29,461 bases of DNA from a virus (lineage: Duplodnaviria > Caudoviricetes): the IMG/VR virus record IMGVR_UViG_3300017658_000011, positions 1-29,461 of that record; one strand, 5' to 3'. Positions 8,114 through 17,174 of this stretch are shown in pieces. The notes under the pieces are model-generated. The model made no database searches, had not been told where the DNA came from, and saw only the letters and a program-made list of their open reading frames with translations. Position numbers and translations under genes: made by a program. Position 1 is the stretch's first letter. Every line of letters begins with the position of its first letter.

Positions 8114-8348
8114 ACGCTGTCTGGGCCTGCTTCTCGCATTCTGCGTGCTGGCTGCCTGCGCTGGCCTTCTGTCAGCCAGCCCCCCCGTCTGGGGCCCCCC
8201 GGAAATTCCGGGGAACGGGGCATGGCCGGCGGAGCCGTGCCCAAATGCAACTGACAGGACGGACGCCGAATCGGCCCCGCCAGTGTGCAGCCCGGACGGC
8301 CGCCAGGCCGGACGGGCAGAGCCGCGCGACGGGTCCGCGTTTGGCTGT

Positions 8349-10424
8349 ATGGACCGCAGACGCAAATTTGATCGCCAGCAAGCGCTGATTTCCGCCGAGG
8401 TGGGAGAGATCCCGGCGGTGGCCCATCCCCTGCGCCGCGAGCTATGCGGAGAATCGCTGCTGCTGTTTCTGGTGACGTACTTTCCAGAGACGACCGGCAG
8501 TGAATTGTTCTCGCTCGATCACTGCCGCATGATCGACCGGATCGAAAACTGCCTGCTGCAGGGGGGGCGGTTCATCAACTGCGTCTATCGCGGATTCGCG
8601 AAAACGACAATCACCGAACTGGCGGCACTGTGGGCCGCGCTCTATGGCCATCGAAGTTTTGTGGCGGTTTTCGGAGCGGACAAAACTCAGTCCGAGTCGA
8701 TGTTGGACTCGGTCTACAAAGAGCTCTGCGAAAACGACCTGCTGGCCGAAGACTTTCCAGAAATCTGCCTGCCGTTTCAGCAGCTCGACGGCAAGAGCCA
8801 GCGTTGCGATTCGCAGACGATCAACGGCGAGCATACGCATATCAAGGTCAACAAGGGCCTGCTGGTCTTTCCGACGGTCCGCCTGGCCAATGGTCACTTC
8901 TCTCCGGGTTCGGGCGCGATTCTGAAGGCGAAAGGGATTCTCGGTGCCGCCCGCGGCATGTCGTACAAGACGGCCGACGGCCGCAAACGGCGTCCGGACT
9001 TCGCGCTGATCGACGATTTCCAGACAGATGAATCGGCCACGCATCCCGGCCAGGTGGAAACCCGCCTGACGCTGATCCGCAAGGCGATTCTGAAATCCGC
9101 CGGTCACCGCAAAACCATTGCCTGCGTGATCAATGCGACCATGATTGCGGCGAATGACGGGGTCGACCAGCTGCTCGACCGCGAGCGGAATCCGAGCTGG
9201 GACGGCGAGCGGATTCCAATGGTGAAAAAGTGGGCCGAAGCCCACGACACGCTGTGGCAGGAATACGCCAAGCTGCGGCGAGCGTTCAATTCCGACATTC
9301 CGGGGGACCAGCAACGGGCCGCACGGACGGCGACCGCGTTCTACCTCGAGAACCGCGAGGCGATGGATGCCGGTTGCCTTGTCAGCTGGCACGCCTGCTA
9401 TGACCCCGATGTGGAAGAGTCGTCGATCCAGCATGCCTACAACCTGTTTTTCGACGATCCCCCCGAGGTGTTCGATTCCGAGTGTCAATGCCAGCCGGCG
9501 GCCCCCTCGCCCGAAGGGGTGGCCCGGCTGGATGCCATCACGATCGCCCGCAAAATCAACGGCTTCGGCCGGACCGTCGTGCCCCCCTCCGCCACCTGCC
9601 TGGTCGCCTTTATCGATGTGCATGAGGACGTGCTGTATTACGCCGTCTGCGCCTGGACCGAGCGTTGCACGGGGTTTGTGGTGGACTATGGGACCTGGCC
9701 GGAGCAGCGCCGCAGTTATTTCATGAAACGGCAGGCGACCAATACCCTGGCGAAGAAGTTCAAAGATCTCTCCGTTGAAGACCGGATCATTCAGGGGCTG
9801 GAAATCCTCGTGACGCAGCTGTGCGGGCGCGAATGGTACCGGCCGGACAGCACGCCCGTGCGGATTGAGAAGCTGCTGATCGACTCGGGCCACAAGTCGC
9901 CTGAAGTGGAGCTGGTCTGCCGGCGATCGCCGTTCGCGGCCATCCTGCAGATGAGCAAGGGAGACGGGATTTCGGCCGGCAAATTGCCGATCGCTGAATA
10001 TGAGCGCCGCCCCGGCTGGAAGTTTGGTGACAACTGGTACGTGCCAGCCCCCAAAAACCGCAGCCTGCGGACCGTGATGATCGACACGAACTATTGGAAG
10101 ACCTGGCTGAGGACCCGGCTGGCCACACCGATTGGCACGGAAGCGAATCTGAGCCTGTTCGGGCAGGCCGGCGAAACCGATCACCGCTTGTTGGGGGATC
10201 ACCTTGTGTCCGAATCCCCGACAGAGACCCAGGGACGTGGAAGGACTGTGATCGAATGGCTGCCTTTGCCTGGATACGACAATCACTGGCTGGACTGCCT
10301 GGTTGGCTGCTCCGTCGGCGCCTCGATGCAGGGCTGCAGCCTGCGGCCGAAGTCGCACGAAAAGAAGTTGAGCCGGCGGGAGCGAGCGCTGATTGCGGCC
10401 CGGAAGCGGGGCCTGGCGACGTGA
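8349..10424 (+). CDS. terL: Terminase large subunit with lambda gpA-type nuclease domain
   Basis: Walker A YRGFAKTT, Walker B FALIDD, nuclease motifs AFIDVH, LIDSG, SKG, NHWLDC; start taken at MDRRRK. Confidence 0.93.
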   Translation: MDRRRKFDRQQALISAEVGEIPAVAHPLRRELCGESLLLFLVTYFPETTGSELFSLDHCRMIDRIENCLLQGGRFINCVYRGFAKTTITELAALWAALYGHRSFVAVFGADKTQSESMLDSVYKELCENDLLAEDFPEICLPFQQLDGKSQRCDSQTINGEHTHIKVNKGLLVFPTVRLANGHFSPGSGAILKAKGILGAARGMSYKTADGRKRRPDFALIDDFQTDESATHPGQVETRLTLIRKAILKSAGHRKTIACVINATMIAANDGVDQLLDRERNPSWDGERIPMVKKWAEAHDTLWQEYAKLRRAFNSDIPGDQQRAARTATAFYLENREAMDAGCLVSWHACYDPDVEESSIQHAYNLFFDDPPEVFDSECQCQPAAPSPEGVARLDAITIARKINGFGRTVVPPSATCLVAFIDVHEDVLYYAVCAWTERCTGFVVDYGTWPEQRRSYFMKRQATNTLAKKFKDLSVEDRIIQGLEILVTQLCGREWYRPDSTPVRIEKLLIDSGHKSPEVELVCRRSPFAAILQMSKGDGISAGKLPIAEYERRPGWKFGDNWYVPAPKNRSLRTVMIDTNYWKTWLRTRLATPIGTEANLSLFGQAGETDHRLLGDHLVSESPTETQGRGRTVIEWLPLPGYDNHWLDCLVGCSVGASMQGCSLRPKSHEKKLSRRERALIAARKRGLAT

Positions 10425-10519
10425 TTCTCACGCCAGCGAAATTCGAGGTTCGATTGATCATCGATCCCACGGGGACGGGCTCCATTGAATTTGTCCCGTT
10501 GCCGTTCGGCCACCAATGA
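10421..10519 (+). CDS. 32-aa hypothetical peptide
   Basis: GTGA overlap with the terminase stop and ATGA overlap with the next ORF. Confidence 0.4.
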   Translation: MILTPAKFEVRLIIDPTGTGSIEFVPLPFGHQ

Positions 10520-10683
10520 CACTGGTGCTGATCGTGTTGTGCCTGGCTCTCGCGGTCGGTGTGCAGGTTGTCGCCCTGCTGGGCCTCGCCTGGCTGCCGT
10601 CGCTCCTGTTCGCCATGGGAATCACCCTCTTCAGCCTGGCCGGGCTGGCCTGGCTCACTGAACACTCAGGAAATCAGCTATGA
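10516..10683 (+). CDS. 55-aa 2-TM membrane protein (not in the ORF track)
   Basis: MTLVLIVLCLALAVGVQVVALLGLAWLPSLLFAMGITLFSLAGLAWLTEHSGNQL; ATGA-coupled at both ends. Confidence 0.65.
   Translation: MTLVLIVLCLALAVGVQVVALLGLAWLPSLLFAMGITLFSLAGLAWLTEHSGNQL
10659..10676 (+). promoter_or_regulatory. 18-bp dispersed motif copy
   Basis: TGAACACTCAGGAAATCA. Confidence 0.7.
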
Positions 10684-10880
10684 ACTGCCCCTACTGCCAC
10701 ACCGAAAACGCCCAGGAAGTGCTGCCCAGGCGGCGGGAACCGCTCTATCAGTGCCGCGCCCCCGGCTGCCGGCTGCGGTTCAGCGCGCCGACCCTGGCAG
10801 ACGAAGTCCCGGGCGATCCGGAACCTGCGGACGAGTCCGGAGGCGACACGGCCGCTGTTCCCCGCCGGCGACGTCGGTAA
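10680..10880 (+). CDS. Zinc-ribbon protein, Ogr/Delta-like
   Basis: CPYC ... YQCRAPGCRLRF (CxxC, Cx4C). Confidence 0.7.
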   Translation: MNCPYCHTENAQEVLPRRREPLYQCRAPGCRLRFSAPTLADEVPGDPEPADESGGDTAAVPRRRRR

Positions 10881-10927
10881 TCACAATTTTGTGATGTGAC
10901 CCTGCCTCCCCTTTCGAAGGAGCTGCC

Positions 10928-11122
10928 ATGACTGAATCCACTGAACCGAGCCGTGACGTGCAGAGCGTCTCTGTCGACGGGCAGATGACGACGTTTGTGT
11001 CCCCGTCCGAGCAAGTCGTCGAAGATGCGCGGCGTGCCCGGCAGCGCGGGCTGAAGCGGAACAAGCCGTTGGCGGGATTCCTGCGGATCTTTAAGATGAA
11101 CCTGCAGGATCGACCGGGATAG
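10928..11122 (+). CDS. gpW-like head completion protein
   Basis: 64 aa, VQSVSVDGQ hairpin motif, position between terminase and portal, AAGGAG RBS. Confidence 0.6.
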   Translation: MTESTEPSRDVQSVSVDGQMTTFVSPSEQVVEDARRARQRGLKRNKPLAGFLRIFKMNLQDRPG

Positions 11123-11141
11123 TTCTTCGAGCGGAGGCACA

Positions 11142-11690
11142 ATGCAATTCTCTGAAAGGGTACCCGCTGGCAGTCTGTCAATTGAGCCATTGGGGGACAT
11201 TTCGGAGATGGTGCACTCGATTGAATGTGAACGCACTCCAGGGGACGTCGAACCCGCTGATTTTCGTGACAGAGCCGTGATCTATCGCCAAGCGCCATCC
11301 CGTGAAAGATTACAATTCCAGATAGATGTTCCCGAGGATGACCTCATGTATTCGGCCGGACCGAAGCGCGAGTGGAAGCACCAGATTGCGGCCACTCTTT
11401 GGGACGCATTTCTAAATCAGTCATCCTTCGTGATGAGATTTCGCAGTTCCGAGCCAGCAATTGTAGGCCTGACCGTGGTCACCGAGGTGAACCGTGAATT
11501 CATCCCATTCGCGGAAGACCACCCGGAAGTCCTCGTTAAACTTCCGGAATCGCTGGAGCCTGTCTGGCTCAAGGATTGGGATGCTCGGGCACACAGCCTG
11601 AATACCATGCGTCTGAACTCCCGCACGAACCATGTGATAGGGACTATCTGCCAATGGACCTTTCTTCTGGCTCCGGCTCCTCAGCGGTGA
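11142..11690 (+). CDS. Hypothetical protein (moron-like)
   Basis: GGAGG RBS; visibly more A/T-ending codons than flanking genes. Confidence 0.65.
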   Translation: MQFSERVPAGSLSIEPLGDISEMVHSIECERTPGDVEPADFRDRAVIYRQAPSRERLQFQIDVPEDDLMYSAGPKREWKHQIAATLWDAFLNQSSFVMRFRSSEPAIVGLTVVTEVNREFIPFAEDHPEVLVKLPESLEPVWLKDWDARAHSLNTMRLNSRTNHVIGTICQWTFLLAPAPQR

Positions 11691-11916
11691 TAATGCCGTC
11701 CTGAATGCCAATCAGGCCCTGCGACGGATGCGACTGCAAGAACGCCAACAGAGCTGCATGATCGGCCCCCTCGACTTGTTGACCGTCCTGCGGTGCCAGC
11801 AAAAATGCTGTTTCGGACTCAATGCCATTGAACTCGGCGAAGCCATTCAGGCCGATCGTGCCGTCGTCAAACAGCTCCACGACGTAACGGTTCCAGCAGT
11901 TGTTTTTCTCGCTCAT
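11644..11916 (-). CDS. Small acidic protein, candidate inhibitor/immunity partner
   Basis: ATG overlaps the protease stop (ATGA); 90 aa, Asp/Glu-rich. Confidence 0.6.
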   Translation of the reverse strand: MSEKNNCWNRYVVELFDDGTIGLNGFAEFNGIESETAFLLAPQDGQQVEGADHAALLAFLQSHPSQGLIGIQDGIITAEEPEPEERSIGR

Positions 11917-12587
11917 TTCAGGCCCTTGATGAATTTCGTGACATTGGGGTAAGCCGTTTTGATGCGCTGGCTGTTGTTCCACTGTTTCGCCGGCTTGGGG
12001 CGCCCCACTCCATAGATCGCGGCAAACGTCTCCGCAAAGATTTCTTTGGCGCGGCTGCCGGCGGGATAATGCAGATACTGCATCCGCTCACGCTGGCCAG
12101 CAGAGAGTTTCACTCGCTGCAAATTCTTTTGATCTTTGGCCAGTGCCGCCTTGAATCCAGGAGTGTCGGTCAGACGTGTTCCCGGAGTCCGCTGATAATC
12201 ATACGCATGCCCCAGCTCATGCAAGGCCGTCATTCCGGAATTTCGGCCGCCGCCGGCATGCTGAAAATTGTCCACAATCACATGCGCCTGCCGGCTCTTC
12301 GGAGCATAAAACCCGCGCCAGTTTTTTGCATCCGGTCCAGCCAACTTGACGGCTTCCTTCACGGTCAACACATGCGTTTTTGTGCCCTGTGACTCCAGCA
12401 GGGTCCGCACCCGGGCCGGCATGCGGGCAATGGCGGCATCCACTGCCCGTTGAATCTCTTCCTTCGGCACTTCGGCATGGTCCGGGCCTGCGCTCGCACT
12501 GCCGGCACTCCCGCCCAATGCTCCCGGCGTGACAAACCCGCCCCCGCCCACCAGACCTTTGCCGCTGCTGCGGCCGCGACCACCCAT
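11913..12587 (-). CDS. Zinc metalloprotease, lethal factor (ATLF)/PPEP-like, with MGGRG Gly-rich leader
   Basis: ALHELGHAYD (HExxH), FKAALAKD, YL, EIFAETFA, YPNVTKFI parallel the PPEP-1/Zmp1 motif order; AAGGGAG RBS. Confidence 0.85.
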   Translation of the reverse strand: MGGRGRSSGKGLVGGGGFVTPGALGGSAGSASAGPDHAEVPKEEIQRAVDAAIARMPARVRTLLESQGTKTHVLTVKEAVKLAGPDAKNWRGFYAPKSRQAHVIVDNFQHAGGGRNSGMTALHELGHAYDYQRTPGTRLTDTPGFKAALAKDQKNLQRVKLSAGQRERMQYLHYPAGSRAKEIFAETFAAIYGVGRPKPAKQWNNSQRIKTAYPNVTKFIKGLK

Positions 12588-12668
12588 CGGACTCCCTTTT
12601 CAAAGTGACCTATGCCACCTTGGGGAGGGTGCTTGCGCGCAATTGTGCAGCCGTTGTCGGAGGCAGAC

Positions 12669-13337
12669 ATGCAACAGCGCTGGACACTGGCGAATCGACC
12701 GATTTTTCCCGCTTACAACGGTTGGGGGATTCCGCAGCTGTTGTCACAGGCCGTGACACTCCCGGATCGCCTGGCACTGAAACGGAGCTGGTCCGGCGCC
12801 GGTTCGCTGGTCAATGACCGGACCCTGCAGCCGCTCCCGGGATCGACGATTTGCTTTTACGTGGATGACTATCGGATTGAACCGCTCTGGAATCGACCAC
12901 TGGCCTCCTTGCGGCGGCTCGAAGATCTGCTGCCGGCCGCGGTGATTGAACCGGATTTTTCGCAGTACAGCGATCACCCGGCGGCAGTGGCCATCTGGAA
13001 CCTGTATCGCTCACGCTGGGTGGCCCGCTATTGGCAGGAGCATGGTCTGACGGTAATTCCGTCGCTCAACTGGAATGCGCAGATGCTCGACATGATTGGA
13101 CTGGGGATCCCGCGCGGCGCGGTGGTCGCCTGCGAAGCCCGGCCGCGGTTCAAAGACTCGCGCTTATTGCTGGCGGGCCTGCGCGCAGCGGTGAAACAGA
13201 TCGCGCCTGCGGCCGTGCTGCTCTATGGCGCGGCTGACGGGCTGCGGGAGCAGGTACCCTCTGGTCCGGAGTACCGCTGGCTGCCGGCCTGGAGTCCCCG
13301 GAAACGAATTGAGGCGCAATCGAAGCGGCATGAGTGA
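12669..13337 (+). CDS. DUF4417 domain protein
   Basis: FYVDDYRIEPLWNRP, PDFSQY, WNLYRSRW, WQEHGLTVIPSLNW, LLYG; GGAGG RBS. Confidence 0.88.
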   Translation: MQQRWTLANRPIFPAYNGWGIPQLLSQAVTLPDRLALKRSWSGAGSLVNDRTLQPLPGSTICFYVDDYRIEPLWNRPLASLRRLEDLLPAAVIEPDFSQYSDHPAAVAIWNLYRSRWVARYWQEHGLTVIPSLNWNAQMLDMIGLGIPRGAVVACEARPRFKDSRLLLAGLRAAVKQIAPAAVLLYGAADGLREQVPSGPEYRWLPAWSPRKRIEAQSKRHE

Positions 13338-13354
13338 ACCTGAAAGGGACATTC

Positions 13355-14989
13355 ATGGCCTTCAATCTGCGCGCCGCCTGGGACGGATTCTGGAACCGTT
13401 CCGCCGCTGAAACCTCCACTGTGGAACCTGTTGACTCTCGCGCTGAGCCGACGCAGCGACCGGCCTGGCAGGGATGGAACGGTTCGCTGGTCCGAACCAT
13501 CCGCGCGGCCTATGAAGCCGGCATGGTGCGGTCGGATCTGTGGACGCTGGCCGATTTTCGCGACGCCGATGCCACCCTGTTGCCGCACATCCGCCGCCGG
13601 ATCCGCTCTCGCGCCCGATATGAGGTGGCCAACAATCCGCAAGTCGATCGAGTGCTCAAAGTCTGGGTGGACGATGTGGTGGGGCAGACCGGTCCCTGGC
13701 CCAAGCTGCAGACCGGCAATGCCGAGGTCGACAAATTCATTGAAAGGGCCTGGCTGCGGTGGTGGCGCGTCTCCGGGCAGGCCGCGAAGCTCCGCACGGC
13801 CGTCCGCGCCGAAGCCAGCGACGGCGAATCGATCGGCGTGATCTTCCATAATGAACGCATCATGGATCTGCAGGCCCCCGACAGCGCCGTATCGGTCGAT
13901 ATCGGCGAATTTGAGGCGGACCGCCTGGCGGATCCCTCTCAAACGGATGCCGCTCGCAGCGACTACATCGACGGCGTGCATCTGGATCCCTGGACCCGCG
14001 TGCCGGTCGCTTATGACCTGCTCAAGGCCCATCCCGGCACGGAAAACATCGATCAGCTGGGAGACCAGTTCGAAGCGCAGACATTTTCCCGGAACCAGTT
14101 TTTGCATGTCTTCCGCAAAAACCGCCCGGAACAGCATCGGGGCGTGTGCCGGTTTGTGGCCGCGCTGCCTGTCGCCGGACTGCTCCGCAAATATGCCGAG
14201 GCGGAAGTCACTCGCGCCGGCCAGACTGCCGCGCACACGGTCCTGTACGAGTCCAATGCCGCGCCCGAAGATGAGGAAACGGGGGGCGGCAACGAATCCC
14301 AGTGGTGGCAAACTGTGGACCTGCCCGGCCGCGCCGGACTGGCGAGCATCCTGCCAGAAGGCCTGCGGCCGACGCAACTGAACACCGTCGGCAATGCCGC
14401 CGAGCTGGAAGAGTGCCGCGACCTGATCGCCGGCATGATTGCCGGCTGTTTCTCGATGCCGGTCTCGCGCGCTGTGGGGAGTTCGCCCAATGGGGGCTAT
14501 CCCGGCATGCGGAACGACCTGCTGCCGTACCACACGGCGATCGGCAGCGACCGGGCCCAGGTCTGGGAACCGCACTATCTGGTCCCGCTGTTCCGGGCGT
14601 TTCTGCATGAACTGCGCATGACGCCGGCCTGGGAACGCCTGATGGACTCGCTGACGGTCGAAGACCCCGGTTTCGCCGCCGTGCTGCTCGATCTGATGAA
14701 CGTCGAATGGCGCTGGCCCGGCCGCGATCTGGTGGTCGATCCCTCCCGCGAACAGGAAGCTCTGCGGAAAAAAATGGCGATGGGCACCGCACTCCGCGAG
14801 GATGAAGTCGACGGGGACCTGTACGAGCATGACCGCCGCGCCGCCGAATCGCTGGGGCTGGGAAATGACGAGGCCGGCGTGACGAAGTACCGGCAGCTGG
14901 TGGCCTGCTGGATCCACCAGGTGCAGACACTGGATCCGGCCGCGCAGGCGGCTGCCGAAGGCGAAGAATCGCCCGGCGAAGGGGACTGA
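13355..14989 (+). CDS. Portal protein, lambda family
   Basis: IRSRARYEVANNP, DGE, EADRL, DGVHLD, HVF...RPEQHRGV. Confidence 0.92.
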   Translation: MAFNLRAAWDGFWNRSAAETSTVEPVDSRAEPTQRPAWQGWNGSLVRTIRAAYEAGMVRSDLWTLADFRDADATLLPHIRRRIRSRARYEVANNPQVDRVLKVWVDDVVGQTGPWPKLQTGNAEVDKFIERAWLRWWRVSGQAAKLRTAVRAEASDGESIGVIFHNERIMDLQAPDSAVSVDIGEFEADRLADPSQTDAARSDYIDGVHLDPWTRVPVAYDLLKAHPGTENIDQLGDQFEAQTFSRNQFLHVFRKNRPEQHRGVCRFVAALPVAGLLRKYAEAEVTRAGQTAAHTVLYESNAAPEDEETGGGNESQWWQTVDLPGRAGLASILPEGLRPTQLNTVGNAAELEECRDLIAGMIAGCFSMPVSRAVGSSPNGGYPGMRNDLLPYHTAIGSDRAQVWEPHYLVPLFRAFLHELRMTPAWERLMDSLTVEDPGFAAVLLDLMNVEWRWPGRDLVVDPSREQEALRKKMAMGTALREDEVDGDLYEHDRRAAESLGLGNDEAGVTKYRQLVACWIHQVQTLDPAAQAAAEGEESPGEGD

Positions 14990-15004
14990 ATACCCGGGAA
15001 ATCA
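14987..15004 (+). promoter_or_regulatory. 18-bp dispersed motif copy
   Basis: TGAATACCCGGGAAATCA. Confidence 0.7.
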
Positions 15005-15032
15005 CCTCTCCGCGCAATCACTGCTGAAGACG

Positions 15033-17114
15033 GTGATGCCTGCCGAAATCACACTCCCCGCCGACTTCGCCCTCGAAGCGTCCCTGACGTTCCTGCCGCC
15101 GGCCGGAACAGATACCCCGCGCCGGTTCCGCATGCAGGCCTATGACGGAGGCCTGTTGCGACTCGGCAATGCGCCCTATCCGGTAATTGTCGATCTGTCC
15201 GGCATGCGGACGGTCGACCAGGTCAAGGCGCTCATGAGTCACGATGCGGCCCAGCCGGTCGGGCACATGGAGCAGGTGCAGATCGGCGACACGATCGAAG
15301 CCGAAGGGGTGTTCAGCGTCCCCCGCTTTGCCGCTGATATCGACGCGGCCCAGCAGAATGGTTTTCGCTGGGAAGCCTCGATCGGCGCGACCATCGAAGA
15401 CGGTGCGAGAGACGTGATTGCCGCCGGTCAAACGGTGCACGTCAACGGCCGTACGTTTCGCGGGCCTGTGATCGTGGCCCGCAAGACCCTCCTCCGCGAA
15501 GTCAGTTTCACCGGCGTCGGTGCCGGCTCGAACACATCCGCCCGCATCGTCGCCTCGGCGACGCCAACCACGTACGAAGGATTCGCAATGCCTGGTGAGC
15601 TGCCGCCCCCGGAAACTAAACCTGCTGTCGATCCCGCTGTGACTCAGGAACTGACCGAGCTGCGCGAGCTGAAGGCCAGCTTCAAGGCCGAACAGGAGGC
15701 CCTCAAAACGGCCCGTGAAGAACTGCAGGCCGAACGGGAAGCGGCCCGCCGGGAACGCGTGGTCGACAGCATCGACCGGATCATGGCGCAGTACGGCAAT
15801 CCCGGCGAGGACATCGTGGCCGCGCTGAAAGACAAGGCCAAGTCCGGCGCGATCAACGAAACGGAAATCGAACTCACCATTCTGCGGGCCGCCGGCAACC
15901 AGAAACTCGGCGGCTTCCGACCGATCGGCGGCAAGAGCGGCGCCCCCGCGAATTCGCACGTGATCGAAGCGGCCCTGTGTCTCACCCAGGGCTGGGAGGA
16001 ATCGGAACTCGAAAAGTTCGGCATGGATCAGAAGACGATCAATGCCGCCCTCGAAACCCGCTGGAGCGGTTTCGGGCCCCGCGCCCTGTTTGTGGAATCG
16101 CTGCAGGCTCGCGGGCATCATGTGACCGGCGGCCAGCTGCAGGACAATGATATTCAGGCGGCGGTCAGCTACTCCGAACAGGACCTGATTCAGGCCAGCG
16201 GCGCCAGCTCCACCATCAGCGTGCCGGGAATCCTGTCCAACGTGGCCCGCAAGGAAATGCTCCGCCGCCTGGATGCGTTCACCCCCTGCATCACGAAACT
16301 CGCGAAACGGGGGACCACCAGCGATTACAAGCCGTTTTACATGTACCGCATGAGCACCGGCGCCATGCTGGAACAGGTCGGTGCCGACGGCGAACTGAAG
16401 TCGATGGAGCTGCAGGAAGCGGAGTTCCAGGCCCGCGTTTATCCGTTCGGGAAAAAGCTCTCGCTGAATGCGGTCATGATTCGCAACGACGATATGAGCG
16501 CGTTCACCGACCTGGCCGGACTGTTCGGACTGACCGCTGTGCGGACTCTGGAGTTCTACGGATTCAAAACCCTGCTCGCCAAGCAGGACACGTTCTGGAC
16601 CACCGGCAAAGGGAACCGCCTGGCTGCCGGCGCCGGTTCCGCCCTGGGGCTGGACTCGCTGGGATCGGCTTACCAGCTGTTCCTGGCCATGAAGGATTTC
16701 ACTGGGCAGTACATCGGCATGGAACCGAAATACCTGACCGTCAGCCCGACCAACAAGGTACTGGCCGGCAAGCTGTACAAGGATTCGCAGGTGAACCTGG
16801 CGGCCGCCGGCGACACCGACGTGATCGTCGAACGGCTCAGCGGCAACTCCTATCAGGGGATGTTTCAGCCGCTCTACTCGCCCTACCTGAGCCAGGGGGC
16901 TGTCCCCAACGCCAACGGCTCCCAGTGGCTGCTGTCGGCCGATCCGAACGTCATCGCCCCGATCGTCGTGGTTTACCTCGACGGCAAAACCAAACCCCAG
17001 ATCAAGACCTGGGAAGCCATCCCCGGCAAGATGGGGATGCAGTGGGACGCCACATTCAATTTCGGGTTCAACCTGCTGGAAGACACCGGCAGCGTGTACA
17101 GCCCGGGGCAGTGA
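15033..17114 (+). CDS. Fused prohead protease / scaffold / major capsid protein
   Basis: AYDGG, HD...VGH, WEASIGA, LREVSF protease motifs; coiled-coil linker; ILSNVARK, GELK, MIRNDD, PKYL capsid motifs (Mu gpT-like). Confidence 0.92.
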   Translation: MMPAEITLPADFALEASLTFLPPAGTDTPRRFRMQAYDGGLLRLGNAPYPVIVDLSGMRTVDQVKALMSHDAAQPVGHMEQVQIGDTIEAEGVFSVPRFAADIDAAQQNGFRWEASIGATIEDGARDVIAAGQTVHVNGRTFRGPVIVARKTLLREVSFTGVGAGSNTSARIVASATPTTYEGFAMPGELPPPETKPAVDPAVTQELTELRELKASFKAEQEALKTAREELQAEREAARRERVVDSIDRIMAQYGNPGEDIVAALKDKAKSGAINETEIELTILRAAGNQKLGGFRPIGGKSGAPANSHVIEAALCLTQGWEESELEKFGMDQKTINAALETRWSGFGPRALFVESLQARGHHVTGGQLQDNDIQAAVSYSEQDLIQASGASSTISVPGILSNVARKEMLRRLDAFTPCITKLAKRGTTSDYKPFYMYRMSTGAMLEQVGADGELKSMELQEAEFQARVYPFGKKLSLNAVMIRNDDMSAFTDLAGLFGLTAVRTLEFYGFKTLLAKQDTFWTTGKGNRLAAGAGSALGLDSLGSAYQLFLAMKDFTGQYIGMEPKYLTVSPTNKVLAGKLYKDSQVNLAAAGDTDVIVERLSGNSYQGMFQPLYSPYLSQGAVPNANGSQWLLSADPNVIAPIVVVYLDGKTKPQIKTWEAIPGKMGMQWDATFNFGFNLLEDTGSVYSPGQ

Positions 17115-17174
17115 TCCGCGACTGAATTGACGGCCGTTTTTCATTTCACCGTTTCCAAGCTGGAAGTAAATCTC

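Noticed and set aside
8064-8348. Signal-peptide-like N-terminal extension of terminase
   Set aside because: Overlaps the upstream gene, low complexity and implausible for a terminase; start at 8349 preferred
8442-10358. 638-aa minus-strand ORF (similarly 13223-14917, 3058-4251, 26402-27583)
   Set aside because: Shadows of well-supported plus-strand genes
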